From an uncultured Acidimicrobiia bacterium (lineage in GTDB: Bacteria > Actinomycetota > Acidimicrobiia > Acidimicrobiales > AC-14), in assembly GCA_963836205.1 (NCBI GenBank), contig CAWIIV010000006.1, positions 544,001 to 608,000 on the forward strand: 64,000 nt of DNA. The letters run 5' to 3'. The notes under the pieces were generated by a model. That model was not told the origin of the DNA. It did no database searches and saw only the letters and a list, made by a program, of their open reading frames with translations. Of this stretch, positions 23,964-32,867 are shown one piece after another (position 1 is the first letter of the stretch; each line of letters begins with the position of its first letter). Made by a program: the position numbers and the translations under genes.

Positions 23964-24632
23964 TCAGGCGGCGGCGCCCGGGTCGGGGAGGTCGTCGGAC
24001 AACGGCTGGTCGTCGGCGGACGTCGCCCGCCGGTGGCGGTCCCACGCCCAGGCGGCCGCCTCCCGGCACAGGCCGGGGTGGAACTTCCACCGGAGCAGCT
24101 GCCGCTCGGTGGCGTCGACGTCCTCCCCCAGCTCGAGCAGGCTCAGGGCCAGCCGCCGGGCCCGCCGCCGCTGTTGCTCGGCCGCCGGCGTGTGCAGCTC
24201 GCCCTCCTGCCACACCTGGTGGGCGGCCACCAGCGACGGCGGCAGGCGCAGAACCTGACGGCGGTTGAGGGGTGGAACCTTGCGCCGGACGGCCAGGGTG
24301 CCGTCGGCCCGGGCCAGGGCCAGGTCGAACTGGCAGCAGCGGCCGAGGGCCCGCATGAACGGCGAGTGGCGGCCGCCCTTCGACCCCAGGCCGAGGGCGG
24401 CGGCGGTGTCGGCCAGGTCGAGGTCGAAACCGGCGGGGGACGCGTCGAGAGCGGCGGCCAGCCGGCGGAGGAGCCAGGTGGTGGACGGGCCCAGGATGCC
24501 GAGCCAGAACAGCTCGACGTAGGCCGATCGGGGATCGTGGCCCAGGGCGTCGATGACCGGATCGGGCCAGGGACGGACGGGCAGGGCGGTAAGAGGGCAG
24601 GTGTCGACGGGGAGCAGGGTGACCGTGCTCAT
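23964..24632 (-). CDS. Hypothetical protein, probable winged-helix DNA-binding fold
   Basis: GGAGG RBS before ATG 24632 and coding-type codon usage. Segment YVELFWLGILGPSTTWLLRRL...DLADTAAALGLG...FMRALGRCCQFDLA is HTH-like. Confidence 0.75.
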   Translation of the reverse strand: MSTVTLLPVDTCPLTALPVRPWPDPVIDALGHDPRSAYVELFWLGILGPSTTWLLRRLAAALDASPAGFDLDLADTAAALGLGSKGGRHSPFMRALGRCCQFDLALARADGTLAVRRKVPPLNRRQVLRLPPSLVAAHQVWQEGELHTPAAEQQRRRARRLALSLLELGEDVDATERQLLRWKFHPGLCREAAAWAWDRHRRATSADDQPLSDDLPDPGAAA

Positions 24633-24685
24633 TGAGCCTCCAAGGTGCGGCGCGAGACCAGGGGGAAGGAGCAGCCTGGGGAAGC

Positions 24686-24737
24686 TCGTGATGTTTCGTG
24701 ATGTCCCAGTATTTCGGGTGTCGCCCGGTCCCGTCAA
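24686..24737 (-). promoter_or_regulatory. Putative sigmaA promoter TTGACG-N18-AATACT followed by a 9-bp direct repeat (ACATCACGA x2, 10-bp period)
   Basis: cgtcaa at 24732-24737, agtatt at 24708-24713, and tcgtgatgt at 24686-24694 and 24696-24704. Confidence 0.55.
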
Positions 24738-24753
24738 GAGGGCGGCCCCGGAA

Positions 24754-24779
24754 GGAATGTCGACCTCCGCGGTAGGGTT
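24754..24779 (+). promoter_or_regulatory. SigR/SigH-type promoter GGAAT-N18-GTT upstream of moeB
   Basis: GGAAT at 24754-24758, an 18-nt spacer, and GTT at 24777-24779. moeB is a known SigR/SigH target in Streptomyces and Mycobacterium. Confidence 0.65.
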
Positions 24780-24814
24780 TGGCAGTAGGAACCCCCTCCG
24801 GAGGACGAACGCCC

Positions 24815-25993
24815 ATGCCCAGCTTCCGAGACCTCCTGGCCCAGACCAAGGCCACCATCCAAGAGGTCGACACCGCCACCGCCGAGTCCACCCTCGCGGC
24901 CGCCCCCGACACCGTCGTCCTCGACGTGCGGGAGGCCGACGAGTACGAGCAGGGCTCCCTGCCGGGGGCGGTCCACATCCCCCGGGGCTTCCTCGAGAGC
25001 CAGATCGAGTCGCGGGTCACCGACCACTCGGCGCCGGTGATCGTCTACTGCGCGGGCGGCACCCGCTCCGCCTTCGCGGCCAAGACCCTGGCCGAGCTGG
25101 GATACACCGACGTGCTGTCGATGGCGGGCGGGTTCAACAAGTGGAAGAACGAGGGTCGGCACTGGACCACCCCCCGCACCCTGTCGGCCGAGCAGCGCAA
25201 CCGCTACCAGCGCCACCTGCTTCTGCCCGAGGTGGGCGAGGAGGGGCAGATGAAGCTCCTCGACGCCAAGGTTCTCCTCCTGGGAGCGGGCGGGCTCGGC
25301 TCCCCGGCCGCCCTCTACCTGGCCGCCGCCGGCGTGGGCACCCTGGGCATCGTCGACATGGACGTGGTCGACGAGTCCAACCTCCAGCGCCAGATCCTCC
25401 ACAACATCGACCGGGTGGGCGAGCGCAAGGTCGACTCGGCCAAGAAGACCCTCGTCAGCCTCAACCCCGACGTCAACGTCGTCACCTACGACGTGCGCCT
25501 GGGGGCCGACAACGTCCTCGACGTGATCGACGGCTACGACGTGATCGTCGACGGCACCGACAACTTCCCCACCCGCTACCTGGTCAACGACGCCTCCCTC
25601 CTCAAGAAGATCCCCGTCGTGCACGGCTCGATCTTCCGGTTCGAGGGCCAGGCCACCGTCTTCGCCCCCTACGTGGGCCCCTGCTACCGCTGCCTGATCC
25701 CAGAGCCGCCGCCACCGGAGCTGGCCCCGTCGTGCGCCGAGGCGGGCGTGCTGGGCGTGCTCCCGGGCATCATCGGCTCCATCCAGGCCATGGAGGCGAT
25801 CAAGGTCATCCTCGGCCTGGGCGACCCCCTCATCGGCCGGCTGCTGGCCTACGACGCCCAGGAGGAGAGCTTCCGCACCTTCAAGGTGGGGCGCGACCCG
25901 GCCTGCCCGGCGTGCGGGCCCGACGCCGAGATCGTCATCGCCGAGTACGACGAGCACTGCATGCCTCACGTGGTGGGCGCGGCCACGAAGTAA
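24815..25993 (+). CDS. moeB: Molybdopterin-synthase adenylyltransferase with an N-terminal rhodanese domain
   Basis: Rhodanese LDVRE...YCAGGTRS, then ThiF motifs GAGGLGSP, SNLQRQ, PCYRCL and CPAC. GGAGG RBS. Confidence 0.93.
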   Translation: MPSFRDLLAQTKATIQEVDTATAESTLAAAPDTVVLDVREADEYEQGSLPGAVHIPRGFLESQIESRVTDHSAPVIVYCAGGTRSAFAAKTLAELGYTDVLSMAGGFNKWKNEGRHWTTPRTLSAEQRNRYQRHLLLPEVGEEGQMKLLDAKVLLLGAGGLGSPAALYLAAAGVGTLGIVDMDVVDESNLQRQILHNIDRVGERKVDSAKKTLVSLNPDVNVVTYDVRLGADNVLDVIDGYDVIVDGTDNFPTRYLVNDASLLKKIPVVHGSIFRFEGQATVFAPYVGPCYRCLIPEPPPPELAPSCAEAGVLGVLPGIIGSIQAMEAIKVILGLGDPLIGRLLAYDAQEESFRTFKVGRDPACPACGPDAEIVIAEYDEHCMPHVVGAATK

Positions 25994-26022
25994 CCCCCTG
26001 GCCGCTGTCCGTTCACCGGGGG

Positions 26023-26951
26023 TGGGCGGTTACGGTGGCCGGCATGCGTGCGAGGACGGCGGGGAAGGCCCTGGCCACCGCGTTCGTCGCCCTCGTGGCT
26101 GCGAGCGCGGGAACGCCCGCCTCCGCCGCCCGCCGGCCGGCGGCGCCGGCGGTCCAACTTGCCGCCCACCAGGGGCCGGACCGGACCTTCGCCGGCCAGC
26201 CCTGCGTCCTGCTTCCCACCGCCACGCCGGCCGCCCTCAACGGCGTCGAGGCGTGCGGCGGAATCCGGCCCGGGTCACCGGTGCTCACGCCCGTCGGCCA
26301 GTGCACGCTCAACTTCCTGTGGCGGGGCAGCGACGGCCACGACTACATCGGCACCGCCGGCCACTGCCTGCTGGAGGGCACCAGCCACACCCAGGTCGTC
26401 TTCGAGCCGGGCGACGGACCCCTGGCCCGCGACAGCCGGGGCCGTCCGATCGGGGAGTTCGCCTACGCCGCCCTCGACGCGGTGGGCGACTTCGCCCTCA
26501 TCCGGCTCTCCCCGGACGTGGCGGCCAGTCCCGAGATCTGCCGCTTCGGCGGCCCCACCGGCGTGGAGATCGGTCCCATCTCCGCCCTCACGCCCCTCCA
26601 CCACGTCGGCCGGGGCTCCCTCACCGGGTCGCTCGTCCCCGCCCGCACCCAACTGGCCCTGGAGGGAAGCGACATCCGGGTGCTCAGCGGCCTCGGCGTG
26701 GCGTCGCCCGGCGACTCGGGCAGCCCGGTGCTGAGCCTCGACGGCAAGGCGGTGGGCGTGGTGGTGGCCACCGGTCCCGCCCTCCCCCTGGCGCCGACCG
26801 GGCTCTTCGTGTTCAGCATGCGCATCGCCCCCGAGATGGGACGGGCCTCGGCGGCCACCGGAATCGCGTTCGAGCTGGTCACCGCTCCGCTGGACCCGGG
26901 CGTACTGCAACCCTGATCCGCCAAACCTGATTCGGCGGCCGTAACCGCCCA
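26023..26951. repeat. Perfect 13-bp inverted repeat pair flanking the S1 protease gene
   Basis: tgggcggttacgg at 26023-26035 and ccgtaaccgccca at 26939-26951. Confidence 0.7.
26044..26916 (+). CDS. Secreted trypsin-like (S1) serine protease
   Basis: Signal peptide, plus TAGHC, GDFALI and GDSGSP motifs. TACGGT lies 7 nt before the ATG. Confidence 0.85.
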   Translation: MRARTAGKALATAFVALVAASAGTPASAARRPAAPAVQLAAHQGPDRTFAGQPCVLLPTATPAALNGVEACGGIRPGSPVLTPVGQCTLNFLWRGSDGHDYIGTAGHCLLEGTSHTQVVFEPGDGPLARDSRGRPIGEFAYAALDAVGDFALIRLSPDVAASPEICRFGGPTGVEIGPISALTPLHHVGRGSLTGSLVPARTQLALEGSDIRVLSGLGVASPGDSGSPVLSLDGKAVGVVVATGPALPLAPTGLFVFSMRIAPEMGRASAATGIAFELVTAPLDPGVLQP

Positions 26952-26978
26952 TTCACGAGCGTCCCGTACCGTGGGGGC

Positions 26979-28343
26979 GTGCCTGCGGTGCGCTTCGTCA
27001 TCATCGGCGGCGGCCCGGCCGGCAACTCGGCCGCCACTGCCGCCGCCCGCCTGGGGGCCGACGTCACCCTCATCGAGCGCGACGTCGTCGGCGGCGCCGC
27101 CCACCTGTGGGACTGCATCCCGTCCAAGGCCATGATCGCCAGTGGCGGGGCGATGGCCTTCGTCCGCCGCTCGGTGGGGATGGGACTGAGCCAATCGGCG
27201 GCGGAGATCGACCTGGAGAGCATGAAGCTGCGGATCGCCGGCATCGAGGAACGGTTGCACCGGTCGGTCGTTCGCCTGCTGGCCGACCAGGGGGTGCGCA
27301 TCATCACCGGCAAGGGCCGCCTGGCCGGCCCCAACCAGGTGGTGGTGGAGACAGCCGGTGGGCCGGAGGAGGAACTGGAGGCGGACGCGATCCTGTTGGC
27401 GACGGGCAGCCGGCCCCGGGTGCCGGACTGGGCCAGTCCCGACGGCGACCGCGTCCTCACCCACCGCCAGGCGTACCCGCCGCCCACGCTGCCCGAGCAC
27501 CTGGTGGTCATCGGGTCGGGCGTCACCGGCGTGGAGTTCGTCCACATGTTCGCCTCCCTCGGGTCGCAGGTGACGCTGGTCGTGAGCCGCCAACACGTCC
27601 TCCCCAACAAGGATCCCGAGGTGGCCCAGGCGTTGGAGGACGACTTCCTCCGCCGGGGCGTGCGCCTGCTCAAGGGGGCCCGGGCCGACGCCATCGATCG
27701 CCTTGAGGGCGGTGTCGCGGTCCGCTGCGACGACGGCCGGGTGGCCCGGGGCAGCCACGCCCTGCTGGCGGTGGGATCGATCCCCAACTCGGAGGACCTC
27801 GGGTTGGAGGCGGCCGGCGTCGAGAGCGACCGGGGCTACGTGACGGTGAACCAGCACTGCCAGGCGAACGTCCGCCACATCTACGCCGCCGGCGACCTGT
27901 CGGGGAAGCTGCCGTTGTCGTCGGTGGCGACCATGCAGGGGCGCAAGGTCGCCGAGCACGTGATGGGCGGCCACTCCCGCAGCCACCGCCACCTCGACTA
28001 CGACAAGGCGGCCCAGGCCGTGTTCACCGACCCCGAGATCGCCGAGGTCGGCATCGCGGAGGCGGAGGCGTTCGCCTCGGGACGCAAGATCCGGGTCACC
28101 AAGGTGCCCTTCTCGGCCAACGCCAAGGCCCTCATCAACGACGACTGGCGGGGCTTCGTCAAGATCGTGTCCGATCCCGCCACCGGCGTGGTCCTGGGCG
28201 GCTCGATCGTGGGCCGGCACGCGGCCGAGCTGATCTCGGTGATCGCCCTGGCCGTCAACTGCGGCCTCCGGGTGACCGACGTGGTCGATTCGCTCCTCGT
28301 CCACCCGACGCTGGCGGAATCACTGGCCGACGCCGCCGAATAG
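26979..28343 (+). CDS. lpdA: Flavoprotein disulfide reductase family, NAD(P)H-quinone dehydrogenase (LpdA/Rv3303c-like)
   Basis: IIGGGPAG, GGAAHLWDCIPSK (only one Cys of CxxxxC), IGSGVTGVEF and HPTLAE motifs. Confidence 0.85.
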   Translation: MPAVRFVIIGGGPAGNSAATAAARLGADVTLIERDVVGGAAHLWDCIPSKAMIASGGAMAFVRRSVGMGLSQSAAEIDLESMKLRIAGIEERLHRSVVRLLADQGVRIITGKGRLAGPNQVVVETAGGPEEELEADAILLATGSRPRVPDWASPDGDRVLTHRQAYPPPTLPEHLVVIGSGVTGVEFVHMFASLGSQVTLVVSRQHVLPNKDPEVAQALEDDFLRRGVRLLKGARADAIDRLEGGVAVRCDDGRVARGSHALLAVGSIPNSEDLGLEAAGVESDRGYVTVNQHCQANVRHIYAAGDLSGKLPLSSVATMQGRKVAEHVMGGHSRSHRHLDYDKAAQAVFTDPEIAEVGIAEAEAFASGRKIRVTKVPFSANAKALINDDWRGFVKIVSDPATGVVLGGSIVGRHAAELISVIALAVNCGLRVTDVVDSLLVHPTLAESLADAAE

Positions 28344-28350
28344 GCCCGTC

Positions 28351-28400
28351 GAACCGGTGACAGATCCGGGGGTCCGGGCCACCGAAACCGTCACCGGTTC
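28351..28400. terminator. Long hairpin (REP-like or bidirectional terminator) between convergent lpdA and accA
   Basis: gaaccggtgac (28351-28361) and gtcaccggttc (28390-28400) form perfect arms. Confidence 0.7.
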
Positions 28401-28411
28401 CGAATCGGGGG

Positions 28412-30169
28412 CTATTCGATGACGGCCAGGACGTCGCCGGCGCCCACGTTGTCGCCGGGGACGACGCGGACCTCGGCCACCCGGCCCGCCCGCTCGCACT
28501 CGACCAGGTTCTCCATCTTCATGGCCTCGAGGACGCAGATCCCCTGGCCCGCGGCCACAGTGTCGCCCACCGCGACCAGGACCTCCACAATGGTCCCTTG
28601 CATCGGCGCCACCACCCGTCCTCCACCGGTCGACGGGCCGGCCCCACCGCCGCCCGGAGGAGGGCGACGGGGCGCCGTCGGGGGCGCCGAGGCCGACTGG
28701 GACCCGGTCGACTCGGGCACCCACACCCGTACCGCGTAGCGACGGCCGTCGACCTCCACGTCGACGGGGCGGGACTGCATCGGCGGCCCCGGACGGCCAC
28801 CGGAAGGGGGACCGGGGGGGACGTCGGAGAAGTCGAGGCGGTCCTCGACCCACCGGGTGGAGTGCTCGCCGGCGATGAAGTCCGGATGCTCGAGAATCCG
28901 CAGGTGGGCGGCCACGTTGGTGGTGACGCCCTCGATGGTCGTCTCCCGCAGCACCCGCAGCATGCGCCGGCGGGCCTCCTCCCGGTCCTGGCCCCACGTG
29001 AGGAACTTGGCGATGAGGTTGTCGTAGTGCTGGCTGATGGTGTCGCCCTCGCCGTAGCCGGCGTCGATGCGCACCCCGAAGCCGCCGGGCCGGGAGAAGC
29101 GGGTGAGGGTGCCGGGTGAGGGGAGGAAGCGCCCGCCGGCGGGGTCCTCGGCGTTGATGCGGCACTCGACGGCGTGGCCCCGCCGCTCCAGCGAGTCCTG
29201 GGTGAACGCCAGCTCCTCGCCCGACGCCACCCGCAGCTGTTCGGCCACCATGTCGAGCCCGCAGGCCAGCTCGGTGACGGTGTGCTCCACCTGGAGGCGG
29301 GTGTTCATCTCCAGGAAGTAGAACTCGCCGTCCTGGTAGAGGAACTCCACGGTGCCGGCGTTGACGTAGCCGCAGGCCTTCGCCACCCGCACCGAGGCCT
29401 CGCCCATGGCCTCCCGCACGCTGTCGGGCAGGCCCGGCGCCGGCGTCTCCTCGATCAGCTTCTGGTGCCGGCGCTGGGCCGAGCAGTCCCGCTCGCCCAT
29501 CCACACCACGTGGCCGTGGCTGTCGGCGAAGATCTGCATCTCGACGTGGCGGGGCCAGTCGAGATAGCGCTCCAGGTAGACCTCGTCCCGGCCGAAGTAG
29601 GCGTGGCCCTCCCGGCGGGCGGCTTCCAGGGACGCGGCCGCCGTGTCCGGGCCCTCGACCACTCGCATCCCCCGGCCGCCGCCGCCGTAGGCGGCCTTGA
29701 TCGCCACCGGCCACCCGTGGCGCTCACCGAAAGCGACCACGTCGGCGCCCGCGGTCACCGGTCCGTCGCTGCCGGGGACGACCGGCACCCCCGCGGCGGC
29801 CGCCGTGACGCGGGCCGACAGCTTGTCGCCCATGAGGTCGATCGCGTCGGGCGGGGGTCCGACGAACGTGACCCCCCGGGCGGTGATGGCCCGGGCGAAG
29901 TCGGCGTTCTCGGAGAAGAACCCGTAGCCGGGATGGACGGCGTCGGCGCCGCTACGGGTGATGGCGTCGAGGATGGCGTCAGTGTTCAGGTAGCTCTCGG
30001 CCGCGGTGACGCCGCCGAGGGCGTAGGCCTCGTCGGCCAGGCGGACGTGGAGCGCCCGCCGGTCGAGGTCGGAGTACACCGCGACCGTGTCGACGCCCAG
30101 CTCCTGGCAGGCGCGGATGACCCGCACCGCGATCTCGGCCCGATTGGCGATGAGAACTTTCCGGAACAT
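28412..30169 (-). CDS. accA: Acetyl/propionyl-CoA carboxylase alpha subunit (biotin carboxylase + BCCP)
   Basis: [38 protein letters not shown] and the biotinylation motif EAMKM. Confidence 0.95.
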   Translation of the reverse strand: MFRKVLIANRAEIAVRVIRACQELGVDTVAVYSDLDRRALHVRLADEAYALGGVTAAESYLNTDAILDAITRSGADAVHPGYGFFSENADFARAITARGVTFVGPPPDAIDLMGDKLSARVTAAAAGVPVVPGSDGPVTAGADVVAFGERHGWPVAIKAAYGGGGRGMRVVEGPDTAAASLEAARREGHAYFGRDEVYLERYLDWPRHVEMQIFADSHGHVVWMGERDCSAQRRHQKLIEETPAPGLPDSVREAMGEASVRVAKACGYVNAGTVEFLYQDGEFYFLEMNTRLQVEHTVTELACGLDMVAEQLRVASGEELAFTQDSLERRGHAVECRINAEDPAGGRFLPSPGTLTRFSRPGGFGVRIDAGYGEGDTISQHYDNLIAKFLTWGQDREEARRRMLRVLRETTIEGVTTNVAAHLRILEHPDFIAGEHSTRWVEDRLDFSDVPPGPPSGGRPGPPMQSRPVDVEVDGRRYAVRVWVPESTGSQSASAPPTAPRRPPPGGGGAGPSTGGGRVVAPMQGTIVEVLVAVGDTVAAGQGICVLEAMKMENLVECERAGRVAEVRVVPGDNVGAGDVLAVIE

Positions 30170-30191
30170 GAGCGGACCCTATGGTGCAGGC

Positions 30192-30942
30192 GTGTTGGAC
30201 CCCGGCGCCAGAGCGACGCTCGCCGCCACCCGATTCACGGACGTGACGTGGCTGGCGGAGGTGGGCTCGACCAACGACGAGGTCGCGGCCCGGGCCCGTG
30301 TGGGGGCGCCCGAGGGCGTGGTCGTGGTCGCCGACCGGCAGTCAGCGGGGCGGGGCCGGCGGGGACGGACGTGGGACGCGCCACCCGGATCGTCGCTGCT
30401 GGTCTCGGTGCTGCTACGGCCGGCCGCGCCCCACCTGGCCGTGGTCGCCTGCGGGCTGGCGGCGATGGACGGCTGCCGCCAGGCCGCCGGGGTGCGGGCG
30501 ACCCTCAAGTGGCCGAACGACCTGGTGGTGGACGGGAGGGGCAAGCTGGCCGGCATCCTGGCCGAGGCCGTCGGCCAGGCGGCGAGGCGTGGTGGTCGGG
30601 CTGGGCCTCAACGTCGACTGGGGGGACACGCCGCTGCCCTCGGGGGCCACGTCACTGGCCGCGGAGGGGGTGGCGGCCGGCTCCGACGCCGCCCTCGACC
30701 GGTCCCCCCTGCTGGTGGCCTACCTCGTCGCCCTCGAGGCCCGGTGCCGCCAGTCCCCCGACGACCTCATGGCCGCCTACCGGGGCGCGTGCTCGACGAT
30801 CGGCCGCCGGGTCCGGGTGGAGCTCCCCGGCGGGGAGTCGTGGGAGGGACAGGCGGATGGCGTCGACGACCACGGCCGGCTGGTGGTCGACGGGCGGCCG
30901 GTGGCGGCAGGCGACGTCGTTCACGTGCGGTCGGCGTCGTAG
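30192..30942 (+). CDS. birA: Biotin--[acetyl-CoA-carboxylase] ligase, apparent frameshift near 30573-30590
   Basis: GSTND, QSAGRGRRGRTW, KWPND and KLAGILAE, then in a shifted frame VVVGLGLNV...GDVVHVR. Confidence 0.9.
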
Positions 30943-31264
30943 GCCGCCAGCAGCCGCTTGGGCGCCCGCCGCCGCCACGAGTCCTCGATCAGCTCCCGGA
31001 CGACGTCGTCGTCCGCCACCGCGGGGAGATGAACCCGCACGCCACAGAGCTTGGCGCCCCACCACAGCTCCTCGAACGCCGACCCCCCGTCGGCGGTCGC
31101 CGCCGCCCGAGACTCGTCCGCGTCCACCATCACGTGGAGGTGCTCGCCGTCGGCAGGCAGGGTGGCGAAGATCCGGCCCCGGATTCCGGAACGACGCGCT
31201 TTCGAAATGCGCTCCTCGGTGGCCCCAGGCAACGACAGGGCGTACCGCCGCACCGCATCGCCAT
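30921..31264 (-). CDS. MmcQ/YjbR family protein, with apparent indels in the 5' part
   Basis: VRRYALSLPGATEE...(HFESASFR in the alternate frame)...GRIFATL...LWWGAKLCGVRVHL...IEDSWRRRAPKRL. Start is 31253 in frame, or 31264 if one base is missing. Confidence 0.8.
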
Positions 31265-31356
31265 CCGCCCGGCCAAGCTACGCCCGCCGTCCTGGTGCGC
31301 GCCTTCCGGCAACCTTGGTGCTCTCCCAAGCCGACGGTTGGTGTATCGTATTGGCC

Positions 31357-31611
31357 GTGGCCCGCATCACGGTCGACGTCAACGAAGAGTGGATGGACGC
31401 TGCCCGCCAGGTCCTCGGCACGACCACCAAGGTCGCCACCATCAACGAGGCACTCCGCCTGCTCGCCGTCCGCCGGCAGGCGGCCCAGATCGTGGCCGCC
31501 CTCGATGGGGTGGCGATGGATTTCGGCGACTCCGCCGACGCGTTCGGCTACGGGGGCGGCCGAGACCTTTCCCGGCTGGCCGACGACGCCCGGGCAGAAC
31601 CCGTCGACTGA
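31357..31611 (+). CDS. vapB: VapB family antitoxin (RHH type)
   Basis: MARITVDVNEEWMDAARQVLGTTTKVATINEALR. Its stop overlaps the toxin start (TGATG). Confidence 0.88.
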   Translation: MARITVDVNEEWMDAARQVLGTTTKVATINEALRLLAVRRQAAQIVAALDGVAMDFGDSADAFGYGGGRDLSRLADDARAEPVD

Positions 31612-32030
31612 TGGCGGCGCCGGTCTACCTGGCCGACACGTCCGTCTACGTGCTCCAGGGCCGGCATCCCGAGGTCAGGGAGCGCTTCGCCCGCCTGCTG
31701 GCCGAGGGCCGCTTGATGGGCTGCCAGATGACTGCCCTCGAGTACCTGAACAACGCCGCCGACCCCGCCGGCTACGAGGTGCTGTGGGCGGCCCTCCACA
31801 CCCAGCGATGGGTCGACGTGACCACGGCCGCGATGGACCGGGCGCTGGCCGTGCATCGGCTACTCGCCGCCGCCAGCCAGCACCGGCACTTCCGACTGCC
31901 CGACCTGATCATCGCGGCCACGGCCGAGCTGAACGGCGCCACCGTGCTGCACTACGACGGCGACTACGACCGCATCGCCCACGTCACCGGCCAGCCGACG
32001 GAATGGGTGGCCGAGCGCGGTTCGCTCTGA
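31611..32030 (+). CDS. vapC: VapC PIN-domain toxin
   Basis: YLADTSV, PDLIIAATAE, VLHYDGDYDRIA and EWVAERGSL motifs. Confidence 0.9.
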   Translation: MAAPVYLADTSVYVLQGRHPEVRERFARLLAEGRLMGCQMTALEYLNNAADPAGYEVLWAALHTQRWVDVTTAAMDRALAVHRLLAAASQHRHFRLPDLIIAATAELNGATVLHYDGDYDRIAHVTGQPTEWVAERGSL

Positions 32031-32042
32031 TCGGCCGGGCCG

Positions 32043-32867
32043 CTAGGGGTCGACGTGGCGGCGGACGAGGTCGGCGAATCTCGACTGCGCCTCCCTCGTC
32101 AGCGGGCCGGCGACCTCGGGCAGCGAGACACCGTCGACCGACGAGATGGGCTGCACCTCCCTTGTGCTCGAGCTGAGGAACGCCTCCCGGGCCGAGGCCA
32201 GGGCCGACAGGGGCACGTCCTCCTCGACCACGTCGAGCAGCTCCAGCAGCAGGTCTCGCGTCACGCCGGCCAGGCAGCCCGACGACAGGGGCGGGGTGAC
32301 GAGCCGGGACCCAAGGGCCAGGAACACGTTGGTGCCGGTGCCCTCGCACAGGTTCCCCACCAGGTTTCCGAAGATCGCCTCCCCCGCGCCCCGCTCCCGG
32401 GCGTAGGCCAGGGCCACCACGTTCTCGCCGTAGGAGATCGTCTTGACGCCCACCAGGGCGGCCCGCTCGTTCCGGGGCCACGGCACGGTGACCACCGCCG
32501 TCGCCGCCGGCCACGCTGTCAGCGGCCCGCCGGCCACGATCACGGTGGGGCCGGCGTCGCCCCGGCCCGCGCCCAGGGGCGACGGACCGCCGGTGACGGT
32601 GATCCGCAGTCGCGCCGCCTCCAGGCTGTTGGCCGCGATGACCTCGTCCATGACCAGGCGCAGCACTGCGGGATCGGGGCACGGGAGCCGCATGGCAGCC
32701 GCCGACGAGGCCAGCCGCTCCAGGTGGCGGCGGGCGGCGAACGGACGTCCCCCGTACACCCGGAGCGTCTCGAACACCCCGTCGCCGGTGAGCAGGCCGT
32801 GGTCGAACGGCGAGATCCGGGCCTGTTCCGCGTCGACGAGCTCGCCGTCGACCCACACGTGGGTCAC
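32043..32867 (-). CDS. Aminotransferase class IV (aminodeoxychorismate lyase / IlvE-like)
   Basis: DHGLLTGDGVFETL, KTISY, EGTGTNVF, CLAGVTR and SSTREVQPI motifs. Confidence 0.9.
   Translation of the reverse strand: MTHVWVDGELVDAEQARISPFDHGLLTGDGVFETLRVYGGRPFAARRHLERLASSAAAMRLPCPDPAVLRLVMDEVIAANSLEAARLRITVTGGPSPLGAGRGDAGPTVIVAGGPLTAWPAATAVVTVPWPRNERAALVGVKTISYGENVVALAYARERGAGEAIFGNLVGNLCEGTGTNVFLALGSRLVTPPLSSGCLAGVTRDLLLELLDVVEEDVPLSALASAREAFLSSSTREVQPISSVDGVSLPEVAGPLTREAQSRFADLVRRHVDP

Noticed and set aside
23739-24671. Weak inverted similarity (cttccccc / gggggaag) flanking the wHTH-like gene as element ends
   Set aside because: Only 8 bp are perfect, low complexity, and one copy is the RBS region of the downstream gene.
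30087-32030. BirA-VapC fusion ORF (647 aa)
   Set aside because: An artefact of the birA frameshift. vapC has its own start coupled to vapB.
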